The notes below the pieces were generated by a model that made no database searches, had not been told where the DNA came from, and saw only the letters and a list, made by a program, of their open reading frames with translations. DNA of 63,210 nt, the filler included, from Conidiobolus incongruus B7586 (Eukaryota): the NCBI GenBank assembly GCA_000697335.1. It is 16 parts of 16 records of this genome, joined end to end, with 100 filler letters (N's around TTAATTAATTAA, not from the genome) between each part and the next. Parts side by side here need not be neighbours in the genome. Positions count along the whole stretch, not along the records: positions 18,550 to 36,082 come from JNEM01006779.1; positions 36,183 to 37,574 come from JNEM01006780.1; positions 37,675 to 39,427 come from JNEM01006781.1; positions 39,528 to 40,938 come from JNEM01006783.1; positions 41,039 to 49,037 come from JNEM01006785.1; 11 more parts are not named here. One strand, written 5' to 3'. The position numbers were made by a program, and so were the translations under genes. Below, piece by piece: positions 25,542-41,380 of the stretch. Every line of letters starts with the position of its first letter. The first letter of the stretch is position 1.

Positions 25542-27494
25542 ATGAAGTTATTACCTTTTTACATAATCTGTACAAGTTGTTTAATTCCAACTTATAATAC
25601 GAATAACTGGAATCAAAACCAAATTTTTATAAAACCAATATCACCAGCGACGGGGAACTACCAGCCCAAGGTGGAGGAGGGAATTCAGGATAAAGCGCTG
25701 GACTTTCTAAAATCTCCGACATATCAATTACCTACATATACAATTTATCCACCTGTGAAGTTACCTTCTTTTCAGGAGTGGAAACAACAGAGTTCGGGGA
25801 AGTTAACGGGAGATGAGAAAGCAGAAGAGGATAATACAGAGAAGTGGCAATTTCCTCCTTTGGACCCGCTACCGTCCGGATCGGAATCACCTCAACTTCC
25901 TAAGATTCCTATAGTGGAGAGTCGTCCAACTGGGACTATCTTTGTAGATAAGGAAGGACGTTACAATTATGCGGACGCCAGTTGTGGTGCTAAAGTGTTG
26001 AAGACGAATAAGAGTGCCAAATCCAAGAACAATATTCTGAAAAAGGATAAAGATACTTACCTTATGAACGAGTGTAACTACAAGGAAAAGTTTATTGAAA
26101 TCGAATTATGCGATACGATTTGGGTAACAAGTGTCATTCTCGGTAATTTGGAATACTTTAGTTCCAATTTTAAAGAGATAAAAATATCAGTGTCTAAAAA
26201 CTATCCACCGACACCAGATGAGGGATGGTTCTCGTTGGGGGTATATACGGCGAATAATTTGAAGAAGTTGCAGAGATTTAATACGTTGTTGGGGGAGGGT
26301 TCAAAACGTAGGTTCGTAAAATATTTGAGAATTGATCTCTTGTCCCACTACGGTAACGAATTTTACTGTCCCATTACACAAGTCATCGTCCACGGTGTCA
26401 CTATGTTAGAGGATCATCGTGGTAAAAGAGGTGATCTTGATGAAGATGATGACCAAAATACTCAGATTGAAGAGAGCGCAATTACTTCTGAATCTGAGAG
26501 TAGTATATCGACAACTTCTGATCAATCGAACAGTGATACGAATATACCTTCACCATCCTCTACACAAGCAGAATACCCTAATTCACAACCTGTGGAACTG
26601 TCCAAGGAGTCCCACACACTATGTACATTGTCTGAAGAAATTCTCCAACATCACTCCCATTTCACAACTGACGACTTTTCCAATTCAGTTTCATCATTAG
26701 AAGCCACTTCCAACTCATCCCAAACCAATATTAAATCCATTCCATCTCCAATATCGGAGCAGCCCACTAACAATGCCGCATCTACAGCGCCAACCCAACC
26801 AATCCAATCCACTGACCAGCCGTCCAACCTCAAGTTTCTATCACCGGTATCGCCCGCTCATCTCCGCGATCGTGACATTTGTCCTGTGCCCCTGCCGCCA
26901 TTAATGGAATCATTTATCGACATGCCACCGAGCCCCACACCGCCGGAGCCATTCACTGAGGCGCCAAAATCCATTCCGACTTTAACGCCGTTGCCATCCC
27001 CCACCGCGATAAATCCATCGCCTACTCAAAATGACGATTTCGACGATGATCACGGCGATAATGTGTTCAAATCTATCACACAACGCTTAACGAAGCTTGA
27101 GCGCGAATTCGCACTCCTTCAGGATTATTTACAAGTTCAAACTCAGGAATTCAACGCTGCTCTTGTGGAATTCCAAAATGATCAGAAGCATCAATTAATG
27201 GAGTCATACCTCTTCCTCAATGCCACCCTGAACCGAGAACTCTACGTACTTAGACTTATCCAGAGCGATGAATGGGCCCGACTTATGGAAGTAATCGATA
27301 TTGTGGGAGATCGTAGTAGAACAGAACTTCAGACTATTAGGGAAGAGTTGCATACTGTGCAAAGTATTGTCAAGTGGTTGGTTCTTGGCGAGTTTATGGT
27401 GATATTGGGACTTGTTGCTGGGTATTTGGTGTTAAAGTGGCTTAAAACGGAAAGGAAATTGACGCAAGAGAGGCCCAAGTTGAAGCAGAGTTAA
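25542..27494 (+). CDS. SLP1: Mid-SUN domain protein (Slp1/SUCO family), 650 aa, intronless
   Basis: RYNYADASCGAKVL...YLMNEC...IELCDTI...NLEYFSSNFK...HYGNEFYCPITQVIVHG SUN domain; signal-like N-terminus, S/P/T linker, coiled coil (NVFKSITQRLTKLE) and C-terminal TM helix. Confidence 0.93.
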   Translation: MKLLPFYIICTSCLIPTYNTNNWNQNQIFIKPISPATGNYQPKVEEGIQDKALDFLKSPTYQLPTYTIYPPVKLPSFQEWKQQSSGKLTGDEKAEEDNTEKWQFPPLDPLPSGSESPQLPKIPIVESRPTGTIFVDKEGRYNYADASCGAKVLKTNKSAKSKNNILKKDKDTYLMNECNYKEKFIEIELCDTIWVTSVILGNLEYFSSNFKEIKISVSKNYPPTPDEGWFSLGVYTANNLKKLQRFNTLLGEGSKRRFVKYLRIDLLSHYGNEFYCPITQVIVHGVTMLEDHRGKRGDLDEDDDQNTQIEESAITSESESSISTTSDQSNSDTNIPSPSSTQAEYPNSQPVELSKESHTLCTLSEEILQHHSHFTTDDFSNSVSSLEATSNSSQTNIKSIPSPISEQPTNNAASTAPTQPIQSTDQPSNLKFLSPVSPAHLRDRDICPVPLPPLMESFIDMPPSPTPPEPFTEAPKSIPTLTPLPSPTAINPSPTQNDDFDDDHGDNVFKSITQRLTKLEREFALLQDYLQVQTQEFNAALVEFQNDQKHQLMESYLFLNATLNRELYVLRLIQSDEWARLMEVIDIVGDRSRTELQTIREELHTVQSIVKWLVLGEFMVILGLVAGYLVLKWLKTERKLTQERPKLKQS

Positions 27495-27727
27495 TTAAAA
27501 TATGTAAATAATTTATTTGCTAACCAAATATACTTAACAGAGATTACCCATTATTTAAACCAAATAAAAAATAAAAATTACTTAAAATATTTAAAATTAT
27601 AAAATTAATTTTAATTGAATATTATATATTTTAAAATAAAGATCAATAATTAGTTATCAACCCGTTTAATTGGGAATAAAAATTCAAAAAATATATATAT
27701 ATATATATGACTAATTTATCTCGAATC

Positions 27728-30094
<2,367 letters not shown>

Positions 30095-30404
30095 TATTAT
30101 TTTTATTTAATATTAATAATTATATTATTTTTGTATTTATTAACCTAATCAATTTTTTAATTAAAAAATTTTTAGTTTTTTGTTGGATTTGAGAAATGTA
30201 AAGTTTAATTTTAAAAGTTGAATCAAATTGATTTTAAGGGATTAGATATTTATGATTTAGTTATTATATTATGGGATTAAAATTAGGAATTTATGAATTG
30301 ATTATATTTTGATCCATCATTATATTTTTTGTTAAATATTATATTGAATTAATAGTATTAAATCCACAACTTTCTGGATTGTTTGATATTTCCCATATAC
30401 TAAC

Positions 30405-30405
<1 letters not shown>

Positions 30406-30436
<31 letters not shown>
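30406..30436. repeat. (AAT)n microsatellite
   Basis: Perfect AAT run between PRP4 and PMT2. Confidence 0.9.
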
Positions 30437-30437
<1 letters not shown>

Positions 30438-30757
30438 CAAATTATAGACACATTATTTTCTAAACATTGAAATTTAAGTATTTGAAAAATTTATAATTGG
30501 AATGTTTAATGGTAATCTTTGAGAATAGGTGTAATAATGACATTTTTTTAATTTAATCACTACAGAAACAAGAAAATATATTTGGTAGTATATATTCAAC
30601 TATCAAATCATTTTAATTTCATTTGAAAATTATTCAAAATTTAAACAAAAAACTGATGTAATTAATAAATTTTATTTAACTTTAATAATAATCAAAAATT
30701 CATATAATAATATTAAAATAGTAGTAGTGTGTAATGAAATATATTAAATTGAAAATT

Positions 30758-33753
30758 TTAAGGTTTGTTGGCGAAATTCCAGCTGGAGATCCATTTCTTG
30801 TGCCAGATATTCTTGGAGGGGAAATCCATACCGAAGGTGAGTTCTGAGAAGTACCAGAACATACCAAGGTATGCGAGTGTGAGCGTGGCACACAGCACTA
30901 ATTTGGTGTTGGGGTGAAGTTTAAGGGTGAAGGCGTCGAAGATGACAGGAATACCAAAGATAGCGAAGTAAAGGGCGGGGAAGTAGTGGTGCACGTACAT
31001 GACACGTCCCATGATGTAGAAGGGAATGTAGTGGAAGAACCAGCCGACGAGAACTTGTTTACCTACGAAGGTGTATTGCTCCCAGTTGGCTTCGTTCCAG
31101 TCGTTGATCTTGCGGTATCTTCTGACGACGTAGATGAGGAATGATAAAGCCAAAAAGATCAAGGAGAGGGTGGAAGTCCACCAGATCAAAGGATTGCCGA
31201 ACATGTTATATTTGACAAAATTATCGTCCCAGCTGCACATTCTAATTCCCTTAAGCATAAAAGGCCAGTGGTAAGGTTGAGAAGCGAGTTGGTCGTCGTG
31301 ATCAGAGTCAGGAATCAAGGCATTGTTAGATCTCCACATAGCAACGTTCAAATGGATGAAATCCTTGAAGAATGGAGACTTTAATTTTTCGGCGGGGGCA
31401 GGATCTAAGAGACCATTCCAGTGATCTTCAATATTCCAAACAAGTCCCTTACTTTTATCATCCTTCTTCTTACAGATGACTTCAGTTTGGCCAAAGCCCC
31501 AATCGGGTAATCTGACATTAAAGGCACCCAAATAGCAGCCAGTATTAAAATGCTTAAGACGGAATTGAGTGGAAAGAATTTGAATGTTTTTAGAAGGATT
31601 ATCAATCAAATCATCCCAAATTTCAACAATCCAGTAATCGTTATTATCACCAAGGTCACGATCTAAGTAACCACTGACTTCATTTTCTTTATCCGTAATG
31701 GGAGCTTTAACATTATGACTGTGAAGATTGCGATTGGTAGAGGCGTGGACTAAACGAATAATGTCACCATGTTTGATATATTGACGGGGTTCTTGGGGAT
31801 CTTCATCCTTATCAATATATGATTCCTTCTTCTTTTCCTCTTTAACTTCTTCACTGTTATCACCGTTCGATTCAAGGTCTTTTTCTTCTTGATCTTTAGA
31901 TTCAGCTACAGCTTCACTTTCAAGCTTATCTTTAGGTTCATCTTGCGCAACAGAATCAGGTTTAGATTCACCAGGAATTTGATCAGGCTTTTGTTTACTA
32001 TCTTCATTAGTAGCCTGTTCACGCTTTTGCTTTCGTTCTTCATTAAGCTTGGCCAAAACATCGTGAGGACGAGCAATAATCCAATCGTTGTTATCATCTT
32101 TATGACCATAAGTAGTAACTTGTTGTTGTTTAGAGCCTTCAGGATAGCTGTGACCGTGGGAGTGAAGTAAAGAACCACCAAATCCAGCATTCTTAATAGT
32201 AACTTTAGATCCAAAAGCAACAGCTGCAAAATCAAAAATTAATGAAACGGAATTAAGGTCTGATATATGAAATAGACTTACTTCTAGGGCCCTTTCCAAT
32301 GGTACTTCCATCTAAACTAGCCTGGAAGAGAGAAGGCATATTGGAGTCACCATCACCAGAATGACTAAGATATTTGAAATGGAGATAAAAGCTGAACATA
32401 TAAACCATGAAGGGGATAATAATGAGGGCAATAATTCTGGAAATCCAATGGAAGGCATAAACAACCTTGGGCATTTTATAATCTCCCCATTTTTCGTAAA
32501 GATCTTCAATAGTATACTATAGGAATTAATTGTACTATTACTATACGAATGTAATAAAAATATAATGATTTGTAGTTACCAAACCAACAGTAGCAACCAT
32601 AAAGAAACCGACCCATTTGACACTATAAAATTATTAAATAAACAAATTGAATAATACATTAAATATAAAACCTTACCTAGAGACTAATCCCAAACTGAAA
32701 CCAGTGCCAATGAGATACAACCACCATTCAGCAGAAAAAGATCTAGAATAATAAGAATCAATTCAAATTTGAATAAATTTAATAATTACCTATCGCGATT
32801 CTTATGGAAACCACTAAAGAAGAAAAATGCTAAAGCTGTAAAACCCAATAAAATAGAATCCAATAAAATAAATCTACTGATAACACAGAATGCATTATCT
32901 AATCAATATTCATTAGTATGATTCAATTAAATAAATTGCAAATTGATGAGTTTACCTAATAAAACTAAAACACCAGCCAACCAAGAAGCCTTCTTAGACA
33001 ATCTAAAATTACGAGCTGTACCGTAAGCTAAAGGAATCATAATGATACCGAACCAAGCGTTCCACTGTCTTTGGAAACTATAGTTCATATCTTCAGGGAA
33101 TGCAGAGCCTGAACCATATTTGAAGGTACCATTTGAACCACTTAAATATCCTCCCAAACCAACTAACATCTTACCAAGTGGTGGATGTACATCATGATAG
33201 AAAAATGGTTTAATATAATAAGATCCAAACTATTTATTATATTAATAAATATTAATTTTTATAAATAATAATTTTTTGAGAGTTACCTTGCCAAAATGAG
33301 CCTATATTTTATTAATAATAATAAATAAATTAAAATTAGCAAAAATATTCAAAATTACATAAAATGGGAATTTACCTCATCCCAAACGACGTGATTATTC
33401 CAACCAATTTTATATAATCTAGTAAAACAAGCTGCTACGAAAAGGATAAGGGGTAAGATAATATCACCATGAGTTTTGATGGTTTGTAAATACTAATGCA
33501 TTATAAGATTAGTATTGGTAATTGAAAATGATGGTTAACTTACGGGAACTTCATTCCACCAGCCTTGTTCGCTATCTTCAACATCATCGAATGTAGCTAG
33601 AGATTGGGATTTGTCACCCAATTTATTGTACTTATCCAAATCGTCATGGTGGGTAAAACCGTTAGAGTCATTAACTATGCTGCCATTAGCTTTCTGCTTA
33701 GTTCCACCCCTTCGTCGCAACTGATCACTATCTTTATTCAATTCAACACTCAT
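30758..33753 (-). CDS. PMT2: Dolichyl-phosphate-mannose protein O-mannosyltransferase, PMT2 subfamily, 9 exons: 33753-33544, 33492-33376, 33301-33287, 33229-32956, 32898-32790, 32742-32677, 32622-32580, 32516-32282, 32223-30758
   Basis: The spliced frame gives [44 protein letters not shown] domains ([18 protein letters not shown]) and [20 protein letters not shown] is the PMT2-type signature. Confidence 0.93.
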
Positions 33754-36182
33754 TCCAGTTATTGAATCAAATCAATTTCAATTATTTTGAATTTTTTTAA
33801 AAAATAAAAATGATCAAGTCATCCAAATTCCACACTAAATCAATTTAAATAAATTTGGATTTGTTAAATTTATGGAATGAATTGTTTGATAAAAATAGAT
33901 CAATTTAATTTGGTTATGCTATTTTTAGTTTGGGATTGATTCAGAATTCATCAGCAATATTTATGATTTCTCATAGTTCAACTTGAAATGATTTATATAT
34001 TTTCAAATATAATAGTACTGTATAATATATTCAGCTTCATTATAGTCATTTTTATTTCATATCTTAATACGTTTTAAATCAATAAAATTATTTAATATCA
34101 TATTGAGATTCAATTGAATAAAATTTCAATACTGAATGATAATGCTAAAATAATTAATAAATGCATACAAAATAAATATTTATGCCAAATTATAATGTGA
34201 ATAAATTACTAAGATAAAATAAATATCTATAGCCAATCATAAGACTAATATATATGATGCGTATAATACTTTCTTTTCGATGATATCCCTATCCTTTGAG
34301 ATTATTAAACTTAGCATTATATTAATATGATAAATTCTTATTGATATTAATTAGTATGACTTGAAAATTTATGTAATATTTCAGTATTACTATTGTGATG
34401 TATGAATGCCAATAAGTTCATTTATAAAATTTTCAAAAAAATTGTATCGATTGTTGAATAAAGTATCTAATTAAGTGTTTTATTTTATTATGAATTCAAA
34501 CCTCTTCACACTTATATTTTACTCATCAATTATCATAACTTTTTTCCCTAATTCATCCAATTGATAATATGAAATTTTTTTGAATTTAATATCATTTGAA
34601 TCAAGCCAATTGTTTTTTGAAGAAAATTTTAATATATCTTTTTACACAACTATCTATTTTAATGATTAACAAAATTTAGTATATTTAAAATATCATCATC
34701 CTAATTGGTGAAAATATAATGATTATAGAATAAATTCTACATAATAAATGAATTTTTACTATAAATTAAAATATATTGATAAAGTTTAAATATATTACCA
34801 ACTGTAATCATTAGGACAAATTAAAAATATATAATTGTGTAATAATGATTATCAAATATATTAAATAAAATGAAACTGAGTAGGTTCCTAAAATAGCACG
34901 ATATCTTATAAATAAGGTAGTTACAAAATGGTAATTAGAGAATAATCAGATTATATTTTATTTAGATATTTTAATACTGGATTTATTCCAAATTAGACCA
35001 ATTACTTGGCTAAAAAAGAATCAAAGGTAATAGTGTTGAAATTACTTAAATATAATATCAAGCTCTTCAATTTAATATGCTTTTGAATTGATAAAGCTAT
35101 CGCTGTGTTCATATCACTAGATATTCAATGCCTTGTTAGGGTTACATTAGTTATATTGGGTAAATGTTGATTGATATTTAATAATAAAATTATCAAAAAA
35201 TTTTTAAATATTAATGTAATTCCTATCAAGAATTAAATTTATCTATATTCAAAATAATATCAGCACAATTCTCAGAAATAGGAAAAAGAGTAAAGAATTT
35301 TAACTATGGATAACTCTTACAAAATAGTTCTATATAAATTGATGAAATAATATATTCGCATTCCTATTCTTTACATTGATATGACTACACATTATTTCAA
35401 TAAATATCTATGGATGTCCAATTTCTCTGAATTAAGTTGATTTCAACTTGGTTAAAATGGATGAAAATTATATTACCGTGACTTCAAAGCTTTTTCTGAT
35501 GATCTAAGGTACCATTACTTCAGTTAAACCAAGCTTTTCCAATTTTTCCAAAGGCTTTATAATTGTCAATATATGATATTAACTTAACTGCAGATTATAA
35601 ATAGCCAATTTTGTGTTATGATAAGAAGATTCAAAATTTTCTAATTACCTAAGAAGATATATAAACACAAAGTCTGAATCCTTTTAGCAAATAAAGGTAG
35701 TTGGAATATGATCAATATATGCCTTTATTTAACAGTCCCATTTCTTTTGATTTTGGATCTTGGAACTATAATAATTATTTTCAAGATATCTAGAATACTA
35801 TACCTTTATACTTTAATAAGTCACTGGATTAATTAAATTGTTTTATTTTTTGTAGGTAATATTTAAATTGATTAAGTCTTGAATTTTGTGTATTTAAGTA
35901 GAGTTGGTAAATACAAAAGTTGTATTTAAATATTTGAATAGCTTTATTAGTATAGCATATATATTTTATTAAATATTTTTAAAAAATATATATTTTATTT
36001 ATTAAATTTGAATTTTAAAAGTTTAATTTTAATATTTGATATATACTAACTTATAAAAATAAGTCCTGAAATCAAATATATANNNNNNNNNNNNNNNNNN
36101 NNNNNNNNNNNNNNNNNNNNNNNNNNTTAATTAATTAANNNNNNNNNNNNNNNNNNNNNNNNNNNNNNNNNNNNNNNNNNNN

Positions 36183-37555
36183 ATAAGTTATAAATTTATT
36201 AAAATTAAAGATAAGGGAATATATTTAATAGTATTTAATAATATATAACTCTATTTTTTTTGCTATTATTTTATAAATTATTTTATAAATATATTAAATT
36301 TTTTTATTAGTGTTATTATACTTAAATCCCACTTTTAAAAAATTCACTTGTATATTAATTAATTTTATAAAAAAGCCAAATCTTTTTATAATATTGTTAG
36401 AATTACTAATGTTAGTTAATCTACTATAGTTAAAGCTATTAAGAATAGCAATAAAAACATACTTAAATTTAAACTTAAATATGCTAAAATTATAAATAAA
36501 TATGATAAGAAATATATCTATAAGTTAGCTAATATAAATAAATATAGTATTATTATAAAAATATAACAAAAATTATAAAATTATATAAGGATATTAATAA
36601 ACACTAATACTATTATATATACTTTATATAAATATTACTAATATTTCAAAAAAAAACACTCAACTAAATAAATCCTATTATAAAGTTAAATAGGAGTTTG
36701 AATATTATTATTAATTTTAAACTAAAATTAATTAAAATAAAGTTATTTAGTTTAATAAAAAAATATCATATTTTAATAAATTTGATAAAAAAGCTAAATA
36801 CTTTAGAAAAGATACAAAACTACTTTATGACTATTATGTTAATATTATCTAAAAATATAATGGTAGGTTAATTATTATTTAGGGATATATGTTGTCTTTA
36901 AGTATAAGATATTTTTGTAATATTAAAAATGAAATTAATATTAAAATATATTAAAATATTCTAAATAATAAATTGAAAAAAACATTGAATAATATATGTT
37001 AAATAAATTTAATGATATTTTCTAATAAAAAAATATTTCTTGTTATATTATAACTTCTATTACTAAATAGCTTAAAAATAACAAAATAATAATTATAAAA
37101 TAGCTTCTTTAATTTTTTAATCTTAGCTTAATTAAATACCTTTGTGATTAGTTAAAAAAAGTTATTAAAACTTTCCCCCTAGCAAAAAAATTTAAATTAG
37201 CTTTGGGAATATATTTAAAAAATATATAACAAGATTAACTTTTTTTAATTTAAAAAATTAGTTAATTTTATATCCTACAAACTTAAAGAAATTAGAAAAG
37301 CTAAAGATAAATATACTAGGTTTGAATTTTTTTTATCACCAAAAACCTACAAATTTATAACTTATTTTAAATAAAATTTAAGAGTTTATATTTTAGCTAA
37401 TTAATAACTAAATATGATCATTTAATAGTATATATTATTAATAACTATAATAGATCTTAATTATTTAATTTAGGTTTATTTTATTTAATATTAATCAATT
37501 TATTAATAAATATATAAATGTTTTTAATTTTATAACTTATTTTTGTTGGTTATTC
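36183..37555 (+). mobile_element. Tc1 A1 copy, heavily mutated
   Basis: Collinear with 59812-61192. Confidence 0.88.
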
Positions 37556-37943
37556 TATTAAGATATAATATTTANNNNNNNNNNNNNNNNNNNNNNNNNN
37601 NNNNNNNNNNNNNNNNNNTTAATTAATTAANNNNNNNNNNNNNNNNNNNNNNNNNNNNNNNNNNNNNNNNNNNNATTAAAACTTTAAAATAAATAATTAA
37701 AACTTATATTAATATTAATGAATCAAATTAAAATACTTATATCTATTAATTTTAACATTTATTAGATATTATTATTAATAAATTGATGAATTTTAATTTT
37801 AATTTTATTAATTATAATAATTACCTAAATTAATTATTGTTTTAAAGTTTTAAATTGATATACCTTTAATTATTATTAAAATTTATTTTAATATTAAGAA
37901 TATTTACTCCTTTACTAAATTTAACTTAGAAAAAAATTAAAGG

Positions 37944-39095
37944 TATAAGCATAGTGGTAGTTAAACTAATATAATGTAGAGGAAAACTTAATATAAAAGT
38001 AGTGTGTATAGAACATGGTAATATAATATGGTTGTAGTGTGCAAGTGTAAACAAAGTTTAATTAAACCTCAAACTAAGATGAGTCACTGATATATTAAGA
38101 TTTATATTAGGTACTGTTAATATTTTATAATATTAATAAAATATAGTTTTAATTTTAGAAATAGTGTAAAAGTAAAAAATAGTAAGAATTGAAAAAAAAA
38201 CCTAGTTTATTAAATAATTTAATGTTATTTATATAATTAATATAACTATAAAAGTATAAATTAATTATATAATTTATAGTTAATTAGATTATATAAAAGT
38301 TTATATAAGAATTTAAAAAATTAGTTTCTTAATATTCCCCTAGTAAGTTTTTTAAAAGAGACATACTCTTTAAATTTTTACAAATAGGTATAATAAGCTA
38401 AAGTATTCTTAATATTTTCTAAGAGTTCTTATGTAGCTTCTTTAATAAAATAACCTATCTATTTTATATAAAAATAAAGCTTATTTCTAATAGATTTAGA
38501 CTTAATTATATAATTAATATAGTATTCTTCTTCTCTATTTTAATTAATAATTAGATTTAGTTTTAGGGTTTTTAATTAATTAGGAAAAATATTAAAATTT
38601 TTAAAGTATAGTTTAATTTTAGATATGTGAAAGGTAAAGTTGATCCTCAAAGTTAAAGGTAATTCTAAGATAATATTTTCAAAATTTAAATTAATAGATT
38701 AAATTTTATAGGGATTATAATATAATAGTAAATATTTGGGATTTAAGCTAGATTTAAATAAAATAGATTTAAGGGTAAATTTTTCTAAGTGTACAAAAAT
38801 GTTAATTTCATATTTAAGAGGATTTCTAGAAAACTTTAAATATTATTATTTTATAATCCTTTAATTTTCTTCTAAGTTAAATTTAATAAAAGAATTAATA
38901 TATTTGATATTAGATTAAAATTCAACAATATTTAAAAGTAAGTTGATTTAAAGTTTTAAAATAATTATTAAGTTAAGATATTTATTATAATTGATAAAAT
39001 AAGAGTTAAAACCTATTAATTTGTTAATAAAGGTGTTGAATAAATATTAAAGTTAATAGATATAAGTATCTTAATTTAATTGATTAGTGTTAATA
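37944..39095 (-). mobile_element. Ty3 family-1 copy 3: 3' LTR (37944-38334), PPT, chromodomain and integrase C-terminus, cut by a Tc1 insertion
   Basis: Collinear with 3641-4800; ends at TA|CACTAACC. Confidence 0.9.
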
Positions 39096-39427
39096 CACTA
39101 ACCTGCAAAAGTAAGTCATAAAATCAAAAACACCTATATTTTTACTAATAACTTGATTAATATTTAATGAAATAAACTTAAATTAAATAATTAAAATCTA
39201 TTATATTTATTAGTTATATATATCATTAAATGATGATATTTAGCTATTAATTGGCTAAAATATAAACCCTTAAATTTTACCTAAGGTGAGTTATAAATTT
39301 GTGGGTTTTTGGTGATAAAAAAAAATTAAAACCTAGTGTATCTACCTTTAGCTTTTCTAACTTCTTTAAGTTTGTGGGGTATAGAATCAACTAACTTCTT
39401 ACACTAAGAAGGGTTAATCTTGTTCTA
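39096..39427 (-). mobile_element. Tc1 A1 3' end, lightly mutated; the rest lies in a gap
   Basis: CACTAACCTGCAAAAGTAAGTCATAAAATC terminus after TA; differs from 47502-47833 only by a few transitions. Confidence 0.92.
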
Positions 39428-39527
39428 NNNNNNNNNNNNNNNNNNNNNNNNNNNNNNNNNNNNNNNNNNNNTTAATTAATTAANNNNNNNNNNNNNNNNN
39501 NNNNNNNNNNNNNNNNNNNNNNNNNNN

Positions 39528-40070
39528 TAATAACTTTGTTAATTCTTAATCAAATTAATTTAAATTAAAATATATAATTAACTTAAATTATTTATTTATA
39601 ATTAAGTATATTTGATTTAATTATATTAATTTTTAGTTGATATATTAAAATTTAAATTTTACTTAAGATGAGTTATAGATTTGTGTATTTTAGTTATAAA
39701 AAGAAAATTAAAACTTAGTATATCTATCTTTTACTTTCTTAATATTTTAAGTTTATATAGTATAGAGTAAATTAACTTCTTATATTAAAAAAGATTAATT
39801 TTCTTTTAAGCTTCTTAAATATATTCTTAAAGCTTATTTAAATTTTTTATTGATGGGAAAGCTTTAATTGCTTTTTTTAACTAATTCTAAAGGTGTTTAA
39901 TTAGATTAAAGTTAAAGGATTGAGGAAACCACTTTATAATTATTATTTTATTATTTTTAAATCATTTGGTAATAGAAATAATAATATAACAAGAGGTATT
40001 ATCTTGTTAGAAAATATTATTTAATTTATCTAATCTATATTATTCAATAGTTTTTTTTTAATTTATTATT
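39528..40070 (-). mobile_element. Tc1 A2 3' fragment, abutting a mariner copy
   Basis: Collinear with 9510-10050. Confidence 0.82.
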
Positions 40071-40938
40071 ACTTTATATTTTTAATAATAGGAATTTTTT
40101 GTGATTAAAAATAAATAAACACTTGAATATATAATATATAAAAATAAATATATAATATAAATTTAATAGTTTCTTTTATTATTAATCACTTTTTGCTATA
40201 CTTTTAGCAAACTTCTAACACTTAAAAAACAGTTCTTTTTATTAAAGACTGAAATTTGATGTTTTACAAACCAATTAAATTTTCTTGCAAAAATTTTCTT
40301 TCCTGTAAGCTGGTTTTTTAATTGCCTAAAGCAATTATAATTATATAAGTTATAATCAAAAGAATATACTGGATGTGGTAGTTCTTTCCAGTTATTTTTA
40401 ATTAGAAAGTTTTTTACAGCTTTAGATTTATATATTTTACAATTATCATGTAAAATAATAGGTCTTCTTAAATTATATTGAGAACACTAATTAGAAATAC
40501 TTTTATTTAAAAAAGCAATATATAATTTACTATTAATTGATTTTCCTTTAAGAACTAAATAAGAATAGCATATACTATTATAATCCATTGTAATAATTAA
40601 CATTTGATTATTAACAAAATGTTTATTTAAAAGGATTTGTGGAGGGGGTTAATTTAACTTAATCCAGCATCTTGATTTGTGTTTTAGTAAAAGATTATAC
40701 ATAAGGATCTAAGATTCATCAATTGTAATTATTTGCTGTAAAAGTTTAAGCTTCTAGTAATATTTTAATAGGTTTTGTTTAACAATAGCTACTCTAGCTT
40801 TTTTTTAAGCTTTAGTTAAATTATAAGGTACCCATTTTATATTTTTATTTATTAATTTTAGTTTAAACTTTAAAATATATAAAATACTTGTAAAACTAAT
40901 ATTAAAGTGCTTAGATAATTCTCTAGCTGAAATAAAAA
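40071..40938 (-). mobile_element. Mariner (DD34D) element, best-preserved transposase relic (40163-40938)
   Basis: Frameshift-free minus frame: ISARELSKHF...KWVPYNLTKA*KKARV...IITIDES*ILMYN...IILHDNCKIYKSKAVKNFLIKNNWKELPHPVYSFDYNLYNYNCF...V*QKVINNKRNY*. Confidence 0.92.
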
Positions 40939-41038
40939 NNNNNNNNNNNNNNNNNNNNNNNNNNNNNNNNNNNNNNNNNNNNTTAATTAATTAANNNNNN
41001 NNNNNNNNNNNNNNNNNNNNNNNNNNNNNNNNNNNNNN

Positions 41039-41108
41039 AAATATTAATCAAGTTATTAGTAAAAATATAAGTGTTTTTGATTTTATAACTTATTTTTGCA
41101 GGTTAGTG
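41039..41108 (+). mobile_element. Tc1 A1 3' terminus emerging from a gap
   Basis: ...TTTTTGCAGGTTAGTG|TA. Confidence 0.85.
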
Positions 41109-41380
41109 TATAAATAATTTTAATTTTATAATTAATTTTTATAGGTTAAAATATTCTATATAGAAAAAATTAATAAAGTTAATATAATTTTATTAGGGTA
41201 TCTTTATACAAAAAATTATTCTTATTATAATTTTATTACTTTATATTATATAAGAAAGAAGTTGTTTATAATTAAAATTTATTAAAGATTTTAATATAAT
41301 ATATAAAAATTTTATTATTATAGAATTAAAACAATTGGAAAAAATTTTAATTTCTGATTTATCAAATATATTATTCATTT

